Notes under the pieces: generated by a model
The model's database searches: none
The model's input: only the letters and a program-made list of their open reading frames with translations
Told to the model about the DNA's origin: nothing
Shown here: positions 53,171-64,000 of the stretch, piece after piece
Layout of the letters: every line of letters begins with the position of its first letter
Position numbering within the stretch: the stretch's first letter is position 1
Assembly (NCBI GenBank): GCA_028534125.1
Contig: CM052832.1
Coordinates: 19,470,001 to 19,534,000 of the forward strand
DNA: 64,000 nucleotides
Direction: 5' to 3'
DNA from: Lama glama
Taxonomy: Eukaryota
Made by a program: the position numbers and the translations under genes

Positions 53171-53670
53171 NNNNNNNNNNNNNNNNNNNNNNNNNNNNNN
53201 NNNNNNNNNNNNNNNNNNNNNNNNNNNNNNNNNNNNNNNNNNNNNNNNNNNNNNNNNNNNNNNNNNNNNNNNNNNNNNNNNNNNNNNNNNNNNNNNNNNN
53301 NNNNNNNNNNNNNNNNNNNNNNNNNNNNNNNNNNNNNNNNNNNNNNNNNNNNNNNNNNNNNNNNNNNNNNNNNNNNNNNNNNNNNNNNNNNNNNNNNNNN
53401 NNNNNNNNNNNNNNNNNNNNNNNNNNNNNNNNNNNNNNNNNNNNNNNNNNNNNNNNNNNNNNNNNNNNNNNNNNNNNNNNNNNNNNNNNNNNNNNNNNNN
53501 NNNNNNNNNNNNNNNNNNNNNNNNNNNNNNNNNNNNNNNNNNNNNNNNNNNNNNNNNNNNNNNNNNNNNNNNNNNNNNNNNNNNNNNNNNNNNNNNNNNN
53601 NNNNNNNNNNNNNNNNNNNNNNNNNNNNNNNNNNNNNNNNNNNNNNNNNNNNNNNNNNNNNNNNNNNNNN
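53171..53670. other. Assembly gap (500 N)
   Basis: Run of N. Confidence 1.
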
Positions 53671-53867
53671 TGTGCTGTGTTTAGAGGTTTCCTTCAGCCC
53701 AAGGTTTATAGTCTCCTTTCTTAGGAGAAGAAAACTTCTAAGTTTAAAGTTTAAAACTAAGAGTGATGCACACGCAGAGTCCTGAGTTCTCTACACTTAA
53801 ATACCATATCCAATGACCTCTCCATTTCCCGAGTGAAACACATGCTCTTTACTTACTCTTTGCTTAC

Positions 53868-54056
53868 CTTCCAGAATACTGAGCTCCACCTGTTCGGTGA
53901 TCTCTGGATCTGGAAATCATCCTCATACTCCCAGATCGAGGTGGTACAGTCCTCATAAAACTGGTGCAGGTAGGACCGGACTCCGTAGCGCTGGTACCCA
54001 CCCTCGGTAGCAGCCTGTGCCTGCTTGGACCCACAGTCTTTGCTGCAAGAACTCAT
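53868..54056 (-). CDS. NRSN1: Neurensin-1 first coding exon (63 codons); exon starts at 54065
   Basis: Encodes MSSCSKDCGSKQAQAATEGGYQRYGVRSYLHQFYEDCTTSIWEYEDDFQIQRSPNRWSSVFWK. Donor AAG|GTAAGC; acceptor tcattccAG|ctaggaaggATG. Confidence 0.96.
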
Positions 54057-55454
54057 CCTTCCTAGCTGGAATGACAACACCCACAGGCATCAGCCCAAAG
54101 AGATCTGGCCTCAGGAACAAAAGGCACGTTAAGGGTGAGAACCAGACTGAATAATCTCAGCCTATTTGAACAATGCTCTTATCTTGAGAAGAGACACTTT
54201 TAAAGACCTGCTTTTCTTAAAAGTTGCTCTTCTCTACTTAATGCAAAGTTACCCCAAACACTCAATGACTAGAACAGGTGCTCAGTCAATGAAATGAGAC
54301 ATAACAGCACAGCTCTCTTAAACGATGCAATTTAAGCAGAAAGCACATGAGAAATGGTAACAAAGAAGCTGAGCTTTTCAGTGTCTTGACAAGAAATCTT
54401 CAATCTCTTAGAACCCAGTAGTCTTTACACTTCCATGTTAAAGAATTAGGCAGGCACTCTCACTTGCTACAGATGGAATTTGTCTTGGACTGTCCTCTCT
54501 GATGCTTAACCATGTTCCCTTGTGGAAACTACACGGTGTTACTTAGCAGTTTGAAATTTTGCCTTCGGATCTCATGTATCTTGCTCTAATAGTGGTCAAG
54601 TTGTACAGAAACTTTATTAAAAAGCTGCAGAAAAACTTACATTTCATGCTTTATTAATCACAAATGGCTTGGTCAATAACTCACTGACTCTCACTCCAGG
54701 TATTTCAGGCATTCTTTGAGGATACATCTGTCCATGTGGGATGTCAGAGCATAAGGTAGAAGGCAGACCTAGCCTTTTATTATTTTCAATTAAGTGTCTA
54801 CTATAAGCAAGAATTTAGAGAATTGTTTAATGAAACTAGGCTCTGGGTGGGCTGTTTGGGACTCTGCCTTTTTAAGATGGAAATTTCAACTTGATTTGAC
54901 CTAATTTGACCTGAGAGAGAGGAATCTGGTTATTAAATCATGGTGAAAAAAAAAAAAAGGAATTACTGAGGGACAGAAATTTTGGTGAGTAAGAGAATTC
55001 TCAGTTATTCTCTGTTTGGTTTTCTATCTCCATGTAAGCAGATAAATAGGTAGCTGGAGATATAAAATACTTTTTTAGATTTTTCAGTTATCCTCAAGGT
55101 GGTTTTCCCTGTGTGGACATAGCTTTAAACTCTAGAGTTCTCTTTGTCTATGTGACAAAGCAAGGGACAATATAGAAGGGTATTTTCCCATTGAACCAGG
55201 TTGTCTCAGGGCCTGTGCTTTCCAGTAACTTATCAAGAAATCAAGTAGTAATGCTTATCTACAAGGAAAAAATAATCTAAAATTCTGGCAAGTGTTCCTG
55301 TATGGCCACTTAGTTTGGTTGGATAGAATCATGGGGCTGAAATCAAAGCTGAAACCAGAGATTCACTGTCCCACGGCCACCAAATGAACACTTAAGAATA
55401 TCTTGTAAATGTGTGCCCTTAGCTTCAGGTGGGTTTTGGTTAGAAAATGTACTT

Positions 55455-55657
55455 GGGGGGTTGGGGAGGGTATAGATTAGTGGCAGAGTGCATGCTTAGC
55501 ATGCATGAGGTCCTGGGTTCAATCCCTAGTACCTCCATTAAAAAAAAAACAACCCAAACCTAATTACATCCCCCCCCAAGATGCATTTCTTAAAACAAAC
55601 AAACAAACAAACAAACAAACAAACAAACAAAAAACAGGAAGGAAGGAAGAAAGAATG
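55455..55657 (+). mobile_element. tRNA-derived SINE (vic-1-like) with TSD
   Basis: gggagggtatag..agtgcatgcttagcatgcatgaggtcctgggttcaatccc; (AAAC)n tail; TSD AGAAAATGTA at 55442 and 55658. Confidence 0.88.
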
Positions 55658-57299
55658 AGAAAATGTAGTCAAATTCAGGAAAATACAGACCTGATCTTAG
55701 AAAAATGATGCAAATGGGTGTTACTGACAGTGACCAATACTTTTCAAGTGTCGCTCAGTATTACATTTAGTGCCTACATCCCAGTGCCGCCTTCCTGTTT
55801 TGGGTCCAGCTACCATCTAAAGATATCACCCAGGAGGAGAAAGCAGGGAAGGAATTTTTCTGTGTTTTTGCTTTCTAACACTTCAGAAGGATATTATTCA
55901 TAAAAATATCAAGATTTCAGAATGTACTTTGCCTGATTAGAGCAGAAAAGGCTGATGGACTAAATTTTTTTCATATTTTCAGTGATCTTGTCAGTACCTT
56001 TTAATACTTACAGAATGAAGATGATTAACAGGGGCCTATTACTAGTGATACGTAAGTAGAATAATTCTAAAGGCACTTTCCAATAAAGTTGCAATCAAGG
56101 GGAGATGGGATTAGTATTACTAATTCTGCTTTGTCATTGACGAAACTGAGACATAGGAAAACTATCTGCTAAAGGTTATATCATGAGTCAGGGAGCAGAT
56201 GAAAGATGACAATATAGTTAACAGGAGTATGGATTGAATCATATTTGCATAATTGGAACCTACTCATACAAATATATATTTTCAGCTTTTCTATAAAGCG
56301 ACTTTATAGAAAATCAGAGACTTTAACATGAAAAAAAGACAAAAATAGATATGATAGGAGTAAAAAAAAATCCCTCATAGCAACAGTAGTTGTCTTCCTT
56401 AGTTGCTGAAGTCGTTCTTTCTCAAGATTTAGCTCTGATGCAGAGCAGAACCACGTGACATTCTGTAGTCATTCCCTGCACAGCGTGTTTCCAGAACACT
56501 AGGTCAAATGTTTCTGCTTTATAGGATGAGACTCAGTAGTCCAATTCGGTTAAACATGATATGGGTAAAACCATAAAAGAGATAGAAAACATTACAAAAC
56601 AAATATTTTTAAGTCTAAATGATAGAAGGCTCTACTCTAAGTCAGAATGGATTTTTAGTGAAGTTAGGTACATTCCAGAAAAGAAATCCAAATATGTCTT
56701 ATTCTTTCCTCTAGGCACACAAAGTACAAGAACATGGCCTGTGCTGTGATAACCACACAGAACAGAAAATGGGCTCTAATGCTAGTTCTTGATCTGCAAC
56801 TTAGTGGTTTTGACATCTCAGGCAAGCTCAGTAACCTCTCTGGGCTATGGTTTCACTGTCCTTAAAATAAGGTAGTGGACCAGATAACCTCTCATTCCTT
56901 TCAGAAATAGTTTTTTAGGAGTCTTAGGCCATGAATTTACAGAGTCGATTATTTTTGGTGGATAAACAACTGGGTTTAGTGATTTCCTGCCTCCTCTCAG
57001 ACTCTCAATGATTGTTAGATTGGTTTATTATAGTATGTATGAAGCATCAGTTGAAAAGAGCATATAAGCTAATAGTTAGGTTAGTTACTTCATATTAAGT
57101 AGACTGAATATGTATTGTTTATTTGTTTAATAAATTACTTCAGCATAGTGTATGTTGCCTAAAATAGTGGTCCCTGCATGTCTTAGAGGTTTCATACATC
57201 TGGCCAAATATACAATTTGCTGGGATTCACTTTTAGAGGAGAATGATCACTTGGTAGAACATGAGTTTTATTTTCATTTTTTGGAGAAAAAATAATTAT

Positions 57300-57475
57300 T
57301 TTATTTATTTTTTAATTGACGTATAGTCGGTTTACAATATTGTGTTAGTTTCTGATGTACAGCAAAGTGATTCAATTGTACATATATAATTCCTTTTTAT
57401 ATTTTTTCAATATAGGTTATTACAAGATACTGAATATAGTTCCCTGTACTATACAGTAGGACTTTGTTGTTTATT
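57300..57475 (-). mobile_element. LINE-1 3' UTR fragment
   Basis: tttacaatattgtgttagtttctgatgtacagcaaagtgattca...atagttccctgtactatacagtaggac. Confidence 0.8.
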
Positions 57476-59731
57476 GAATTTTAAACTATAACATGTTAGA
57501 GTAGAAATTTTGCACCTACAAAATCTCAACAGAGAGTTACACTCCTTATAGGAAAGCTGGTAACTTTTGGTTTCAATATAGAAAATGTTACAGTTATTTG
57601 GAATTACTTGGTTGACTGACACCTCCAGTATCATAAAAAGGATACAAAACGTCATTTGATAAGGTCACTTTAAAAGCTGGGCAATGATCATACAACAAAC
57701 TTGGGCTGAGAAGAAAGGGAAGGTACCTGGAAAGGCTTTTTAGCTTGCCTCAGCATTTATTGAATGAATAAGGTTTTGTAAGAATTCCGGTGTTTGCATT
57801 TCAAAAACAGTAAGGTTACATCGATGACTGTTGTTCAGTGATGGATCCTGAAGGGGAGCTCTTTTCTTGAGAAAAGCCTTAACATCCTAGGAAGTGCATG
57901 CATGAGGGGAGGTGAGTGAAAATACTTTCCAGGACTGTTTTTAAATGAGTTGAGTATTCATTTTATGAATACTCTAGTGGAGCCTGTTGCGTCCTCACCA
58001 CCAGCATGGCCGCCGTGGAGCACAAACAACACTAGTGTCTGGTTACTTGGTCATCTACAAAGGGGGAATTGTTTTTCTTCTTACTGAGGAACGTTCTAGG
58101 TGCCGATAAGTGAAGATCTATCTGTGGTTTTCCTCTATTTATTATTTGTCTATGGTATCTGTCTCAGCTGCACACGCAGCTATACATTAAATAGATACTC
58201 AATTCTTAGCAACACTGCATATCTACTGCATACCAGAGACTCAGAGAGAGAGAAAATCATCCCTTAACTCCCCTCACAAACTTCTGAGAGGCTTTCTACA
58301 GTGAGTATATGAAATATCAGCCCCTTTTCACTCTCTACCAGCCCTTGTCCAGATTTGTTTCTCTTCCTAGCACTTGTTACTACCTGATCCTTTGTTACAT
58401 GGTTTATTGATGGTCCTATAGACTGGGTACATGATAAACTGTAAACTTCATGAGGGTAGGGACATTTTCTGTCCTGTTTACCACTTTAATCTCAAGCATT
58501 TTGACATTTCTTAGCACAGAGTTCTAGAAGTCGGTGGGGAGGTGGCCTGAGTGGTCCTTGACTTTCATTCCTCCCGTCCTTCAGTGTTTTCAAAGCCTAA
58601 GTTATAAGCCAGATTATGTGAAGATGATGGTTACAAAGATGAGTGGGGCACACCTTTTGCTCTCAGTTGACTCTTGGGTTAGAAGAAGAAACACTTCTGA
58701 AGCAGAAAGTGCAAGAAAATGGGCACCAAAATGATGTATTTGCAGCAGGAAGAAGTACAAATGCTGAGAATCCCTTGAACAATTACTCTGTTCAGCAAAG
58801 AAAGCCATGCATGTGTGACCATCATCTCTATGTGTCCCATTACACTAGAGTATCAATTTGTTGGGAATTTGAATTTCAGCCTAATAGAAGCATTTTTATA
58901 TTTTCTCTGAAAAATGTTCATAGCCAGGAAAACAGAAATAAGGCTTAATGCCTCATGAAACTCTAAGAACAGCACAGATTTTATATTATGTGTCTTCATG
59001 GTCTCCTTGAAAGAAGAGAGGCAGAAAATTGAGGCACAGAAAGGATGAGTGTTTTCCCATGGCTCTACGTGTGAGTCAGTGGTGAGGCCAGGCACAGGCC
59101 CTGTTCTATTCATTCTCTTTCAAAGATTATTCAATTTTTTCATATTGCTTTTCTCTCCCATAAAATCATTCTGAATAATGAGAGTGAAGTTCCCATTAGA
59201 GCCACTTTTCCACAGGGCCAGTGCTGCAAAATCCAGGCACATAGCTGATTTAGACCATTTATCCAACACCACACCAAAAGGTCAATTCACTTAAAAGAAT
59301 CAGTTAGACTCAGAGTGGCTGCAGGAAGGCATGAAAGCTGGCTAACAGCTTTTTCACTTTTAAATCAGGCATTTTGGAATTATACAAGCATGACCTTAAA
59401 CTCGAAAATGTGTTTCTATCAATGGACCATCTCCGAGATATTATATTGTCCTGGCACAGCAGTAGATTGTGGCTCTCTATTATAAACTTTTTTTGTTCCC
59501 TCTAAGTCAGTGGGTATGCCACTACTTTTATAATTTTTAAAAGGCAGGTAATAATAAGCCATTATCTTACCACTTTACTTCTTTAAGAAGTATTTTTAAA
59601 CAAGGTACTATAAAGTCTAAAACCCAAATGAGAAGAGAAAATGAATCCATATTCTCTTCCAATCTTTTCTTTATCTATGTGCGGACCACAACGTACTTAT
59701 GAATCTACATGTGACAAGGTGTGAGTCTTAC

Positions 59732-59801
59732 CTTTGAAGTCCTCCTCTTCCTCTTCTTGTTTACTCTTTGACCTTTCCTTTTAATGGCACATTCTTCAAA
59801 C
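59732..59801 (-). other. NRSN1: NRSN1 5' UTR exon 2 (70 nt)
   Basis: Acceptor ttttttcttaaatAG and donor AAG|GTAAGA. Purine-rich body, located between the CpG island and the coding exon. Confidence 0.75.
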
Positions 59802-61361
59802 CTATTTAAGAAAAAAATCTCTGTAGAATATGATCTGGCTAAAAGCCCAAAGTTCATAAGCCATTCTTATAACTTACAAGAAATCATTTAACATTGACAA
59901 AAACATTTACAAAGGATTTCTTATTCAGGAGCAGAGATGGCTTTTTGTTTTTACAAAAGTGTAACATATTTTATAACTTTTTAATGGGCTCTCATGAGAG
60001 TTCATAGAGTAAATGAGGCAACAAATGAAAAATACTTTGTAAACTATAACACATTATACAAAAATATTTTTACTTTGATATAATTATATTCCATATAGTC
60101 AATAACACCAACTAGACTGATACATTTGTATTTTTACAAATTATGAATTAAAAGATTACTTGCATTCTAGATACCCCAGACTTGATTTCCTTGGTGCTTG
60201 TTCCATTATAAATTAATCTTATAGCCATTGTATTTTCTGATCCATTTACATGCATTTTAGACTTATTAAGGCTCTTTGGATAATTTACTCATCAGGCTGA
60301 TTTTTACTCCTATATTCATTTTCTTCCTATCACGATCATTTTACTTTCCATCTGCCTAAGAAAAGCAGGTGCTCATGAAAGATTTAATTAAAAAGCCATT
60401 GCCAACTATTGGTTTCCTACATTACTTTAGTCATGTGAAATAAAATAATAATTGGGGCCATATTTTTCAAGAGGCCATTAAGAATTCTTTCTGATGAACA
60501 GTTTCCCATCCATTTGCAGGAGACCCTCAAAGATTTGAGGTGTGTAAGCCTAGTTGAGGCCTGAAAAACTGCTTTCAGTATTTTCCAGGTTCAGTCTGTA
60601 TGAACCATCGCTAAAACAACCTTCAAGATTCATTTATTTGCCCTGAAATTTTATTTTGTGGGTGGTATGTGAGCAGATTTGGGAAAAGCAGCAGATTATA
60701 TTAGGATACCAGACCTGGGTAAGCAAAAGAAAACAAGTCTGTCTGTCTCTCATTTGTGCCTGTCTCTCCCAATTAAATGCCCCTTCCTTTTATCTGTCAT
60801 CTTTCTCATTTTCTTTGAAGGAACTGACTCCACATATGCCCTTCACCAAAGGCAGGCCTGGTCTGGAGCCCAAAAAGCTCTCCAAGGTTCTGAAAACATT
60901 TCTGTTGCAGAGCCAAGAATCAATTAAGTAAACATCAGCTGTTTAACTCCAGCTCTGTTTTCTTTGAGGTCATGAGCTTTGGTCTGACCCCCACCCAACG
61001 CCCCTTTATAACAACACAAAGAAGGAGGTGCTGAGATCATATCAAAACACTCCAACATCTTTAGATATGGCAGAAGTCTGGGGAGGTAAAGGAGGGGTTA
61101 AATTCAGCATAGAAAATGGATCAAACCAGCTTTGCAAACTCCAAATACATATATTTAACTCTTACCTAATACACAACTTTTCCTATCTCACAGAAGAGAA
61201 ACTCCTGAGTTTTCCCTGTCTACCTGTCAAATTCTTACATAACACAAATCACAAACCGCCAAAGCATGGAGTTGGCTACTCCTAATTTGTATGTGTTCAT
61301 GGATTTTAATATGCATAGCTTTTGTAGAGATTTGCGTATATATAATAAATGTGAATGAGTA

Positions 61362-61363
<2 letters not shown>

Positions 61364-61394
<31 letters not shown>
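61364..61394. repeat. (GT)15 microsatellite in NRSN1 intron 1
   Basis: Seen directly. Confidence 0.95.
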
Positions 61395-61396
<2 letters not shown>

Positions 61397-61549
61397 AAAC
61401 AGGTAGGCAGAGAAAGAGAGAGAGAAAGACAGAGAGACAGAATATGAATATTTGTGCGTAAGGAGCGAGGAAGGAAAGAGAAAGGGAGGAGAGCGAGAAA
61501 GACAAGTCAAGCTTAGAAAACCTCATCCCTGGGCTCCGCATGGCTTTAC

Positions 61550-61670
61550 CTGCCCTCTGCGATCCCCTGACCCGTGGAGCAAATGCAGCCAGTTAGCCGC
61601 AGATCTCTCGCTGGGGTCCCATCGCCGCCGCCGCCGCCGCCGCTGCCGCCGCTCCCGCCTCGCAGAGCTC
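61550..61670 (-). other. NRSN1: NRSN1 exon 1 (5' UTR; start approximate)
   Basis: Donor CAG|GTAAAG at 61550/61549 at the edge of the CpG island; contains the GGC repeat. Confidence 0.7.
61623..61652 (-). repeat. (GCG)2 GCA (GCG)7 trinucleotide repeat in NRSN1 exon 1
   Basis: + strand reads (CGC)7 TGC (CGC)2. Confidence 0.95.
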
Positions 61671-62499
61671 AGCCTGCGCGTGATTGACAGCTGGGCGTCC
61701 CGCGTGCCCGCGCAGCCGAGGCCCGCGCAGCCTGCCGCCGCCGCTGCCGCCGAGGGGGCGGGGCCGGAGCCGCGCCGACGTGCGACGAGTGGGCGGGGCC
61801 CGGCTGGCGTGGCTCGAGAGGCCGGCCCGCTTCCGGCCTGCAGCGCGGGGCCACAGGCGCCCCCTCAGGCGGTGACCCGCAGTCTGGAAGGAGGGTTACT
61901 CTGCTCTGCGCAAGCTCCACGGGGCTGGCACTGCTCCGCCTTCTGCCATGGCCACGCTTCGTCCCCTGCCCAGCCCAACTTCCGCCATGGCGGCCTCTGA
62001 CACGAATTTTTTCAGATGGATGGAGAAGGCCTGTAGGCCTGCGGTGTGTTTCCTCGCCCACCCCCTCATGTGTAGAGGCTTCTCCGGACCATGTCTCATG
62101 TCCTTGGTGCCATACGACCGAGGTGAGGAACTTCTCTGGCTGGCAGAGCGCTGCTTACCTCGAAGAACCTTCCCATTTCTGTCAGCCTTGGGCCGTCTCA
62201 GTGTCTCCCCTCGTGCCTGACCCCAAGGTCATTTAGACTTGAGTGAGTGAGATGGAAGAGTGATGAAGAAAATGAATTAAATGATGATGCTCAAGAAAAA
62301 CACACAAACGCACGAGGGCAAGAACACTAGAAACTTACCTCAGAAAATGTGTGTAGTTGTGGGCAGGTTAGCATATGCACGCAATGACCCCTGCTCCATG
62401 AGACCTTCTGCAGACCACTGGTAAGTGACGTTGAATGGAAATCATGAATAAAATAGTTCATACTTGCACAGCCACTCTACACATCGTAACACCTCGCAT

Positions 62500-62730
62500 T
62501 TACATGGTGCTTACTGTGTCCCAGGCATTGATCTAAGTATCAACCTCATATATATTAACTATATGCATATTAAGTCATTCAGTCCTCACATCAGCCCTCT
62601 GTGTGGGGGTTATTGTTTATTATCCCAGTTTCACAGATGAGGAGGCTGAGGCATAGAGAGAAGTGACTTGCCCCATGGTGACACGGGCTCACAATTACTC
62701 GTCACAGGTCACACAACTGCTAAGTGGGGG
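62500..62730 (-). mobile_element. MIR SINE
   Basis: ttatcccagtttcacagatgaggaggctgaggcatagagagaagtgacttgccc. Confidence 0.75.
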
Positions 62731-63284
62731 AGGGGAACTGGAATCTACAAGATGATCTGAAGAGAATTTAGGGTATAAGTGATATTTTGCCTTAAAAATG
62801 GTAAAAGATAATTCTATTTTTATTAAACCGTGGATATATCAAGGCAAATGTTGGGCAAATGCTTTGAGGAACACCAAGGGATGGCTGTGTCTTCTGTGTT
62901 CCTATGGTTCACAACTCTTATCCCAGTTGCAACACCGCTTAAACCTGTAGGCACCACATTTCTTTTCTCCCTTCCCAGTCTTTGTGAAAGTGCATCTTCC
63001 AGGAATTTTGACGTGTTGCTTCTTAGCTTGCTTTTTCTCTTAGTCGGTGTGTGGATCTGGTGACATTTATTTATTCTTGGATTGTGACATGGCTGCTGTG
63101 CTGTCCCATCCTTGAAAGTCCAAAAGAATCTGCACACATGGAAAAAAAGCCAGGGGCTCAGAGCTGTACATCTATCAGAGGAAGGGTGTGGCTGACTTCC
63201 TTGTTGGTTTCTGTTAAGTGTGATGGTCTCTTTTGACAACGCATGAAGAATTTATTATCCATTAATTCAGAGATAAAGTCTAAA

Positions 63285-63510
63285 CAGAGCTTGGAATTGA
63301 ACCCACCGGGGTTTAATCCTGGCTCCACAACCTCCTGCTTTTTAACCTAGTCAGGTTGCTTCACCACTGAACACCCCATTTTTCTCCTCTATGAAATGGT
63401 TGTAGTAATATCTACTTCATATGGTAGTTATGCGAATTGAATGAAATTAAATTTGTAAAGCACTTATCACAAAGCCTGGTACTTAGCAAGTACTTAATAA
63501 ACTATAGCTG
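63285..63510 (+). mobile_element. MIR SINE
   Basis: aatcctggctccac..ttctcctctatgaaatgg..ttgtaaagcactta..agtacttaataaa. Further MIR-like fragments at about 16200, 24030, 25790, 29510, 42760, 46330, 50650 and 56770. Confidence 0.75.
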
Positions 63511-64000
63511 TGATGTTAATGACAATTTAGCTAAATGTTTTGAGAGCCTATGATGTTTTCAGCTTGGAACCTCGAGGCTTCTGCTTCTCAGGTACTCTTC
63601 ATTTGCTTCCTCTTTTCCCAGATATATTTCCAATCTGTGCCATCTCTGGCATCTCTGTGGAACTTTCTGGTGAGGTGACCCAGAGGTGGACACGCCTGTC
63701 CAAGAGCTTGGGGGCAATACAGGTGTTCCAAATTCCACTTGCACATCTGCCTTTGGTCTCTCTATCTGAAGTAACTTGAATTAGTGAGATAAAGTAAGAT
63801 ATCAATTTTACATCCCAGTATGCCCTGAAAATGTGAATTATTGCCATTCTCTTGCCTTTCATGAACCATAGTTTTTATTTATTAGTTTTGCAAACATTAG
63901 GGAACAGAGATGACCGCTTTGAGGCAACTAAGTTTTCACTTTGAATGGACTGCCCAATTTCCCTGGGTTATATTACACAGAAACATTTACCAGTGAATGT

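Larger units (their letters stand above)
61530..62130. promoter_or_regulatory. CpG island / NRSN1 promoter
   Basis: Very GC- and CpG-rich. GC boxes GGGGCGGGGC (61755-61764) and TGGGCGGGGC (61790-61799), TGATTGACAG (61681-61690), and YY1-like CCGCCATGGCGG (61982-61993). Confidence 0.9.

Noticed and set aside
53054..53785. 243 aa and 177 aa ORFs
   Set aside because: Artefacts of translating through Ns; the real part is L1 ORF1.
61452..62061. Long ORFs of 182 aa (+) and 130 aa (-) over the CpG island
   Set aside because: Low-complexity Arg/Ala/Pro products typical of stop-poor GC-rich DNA; no recognisable homology.
62095..62115. RE1/REST-like TGTCCTTGGTGC near the NRSN1 promoter
   Set aside because: Only the core matches; both flanks deviate from the 21-bp consensus.
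1..64000. CRISPR arrays, operons or prokaryotic defence systems
   Set aside because: The sequence is mammalian with spliced genes; no regularly spaced repeat-spacer array is present.

Overview
Mammalian genomic DNA, most likely a camelid, inferred from four copies of a tRNA-derived SINE resembling camelid vic-1 and from the L1 3' ends. The window is the DCDC2/NRSN1 (DYX2-syntenic) locus. On the + strand are the last three coding exons of DCDC2 (14332-14432, 30474-30779, 31540-31647) and its 3' UTR. Convergent on the - strand is NRSN1: CpG-island promoter/exon 1 (~61550-61670), non-coding exon 2 (59732-59801) and the first coding exon (53868-54056). I could not find the terminal NRSN1 coding exon; it is probably hidden in the 500-N gap that interrupts an L1 with a retained 5' end. 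The rest is intronic or intergenic DNA rich in L1, L2, CR1, MIR, MaLR/ERVL LTR and hAT fragments, with three N gaps. I see no new multi-gene system. The most interesting observations are: (1) a spliced NRSN1 leader that is stop-free and in frame for 65 codons from a CUG through a GGC (poly-Gly) repeat, plus two uORFs; (2) an apparent 1-nt frameshift that remodels the DCDC2 C-terminus; (3) a perfect palindromic RFX X-box in DCDC2 intron 8; (4) the missing NRSN1 last exon. Repeat family names and human comparisons come from memory, not from database searches.
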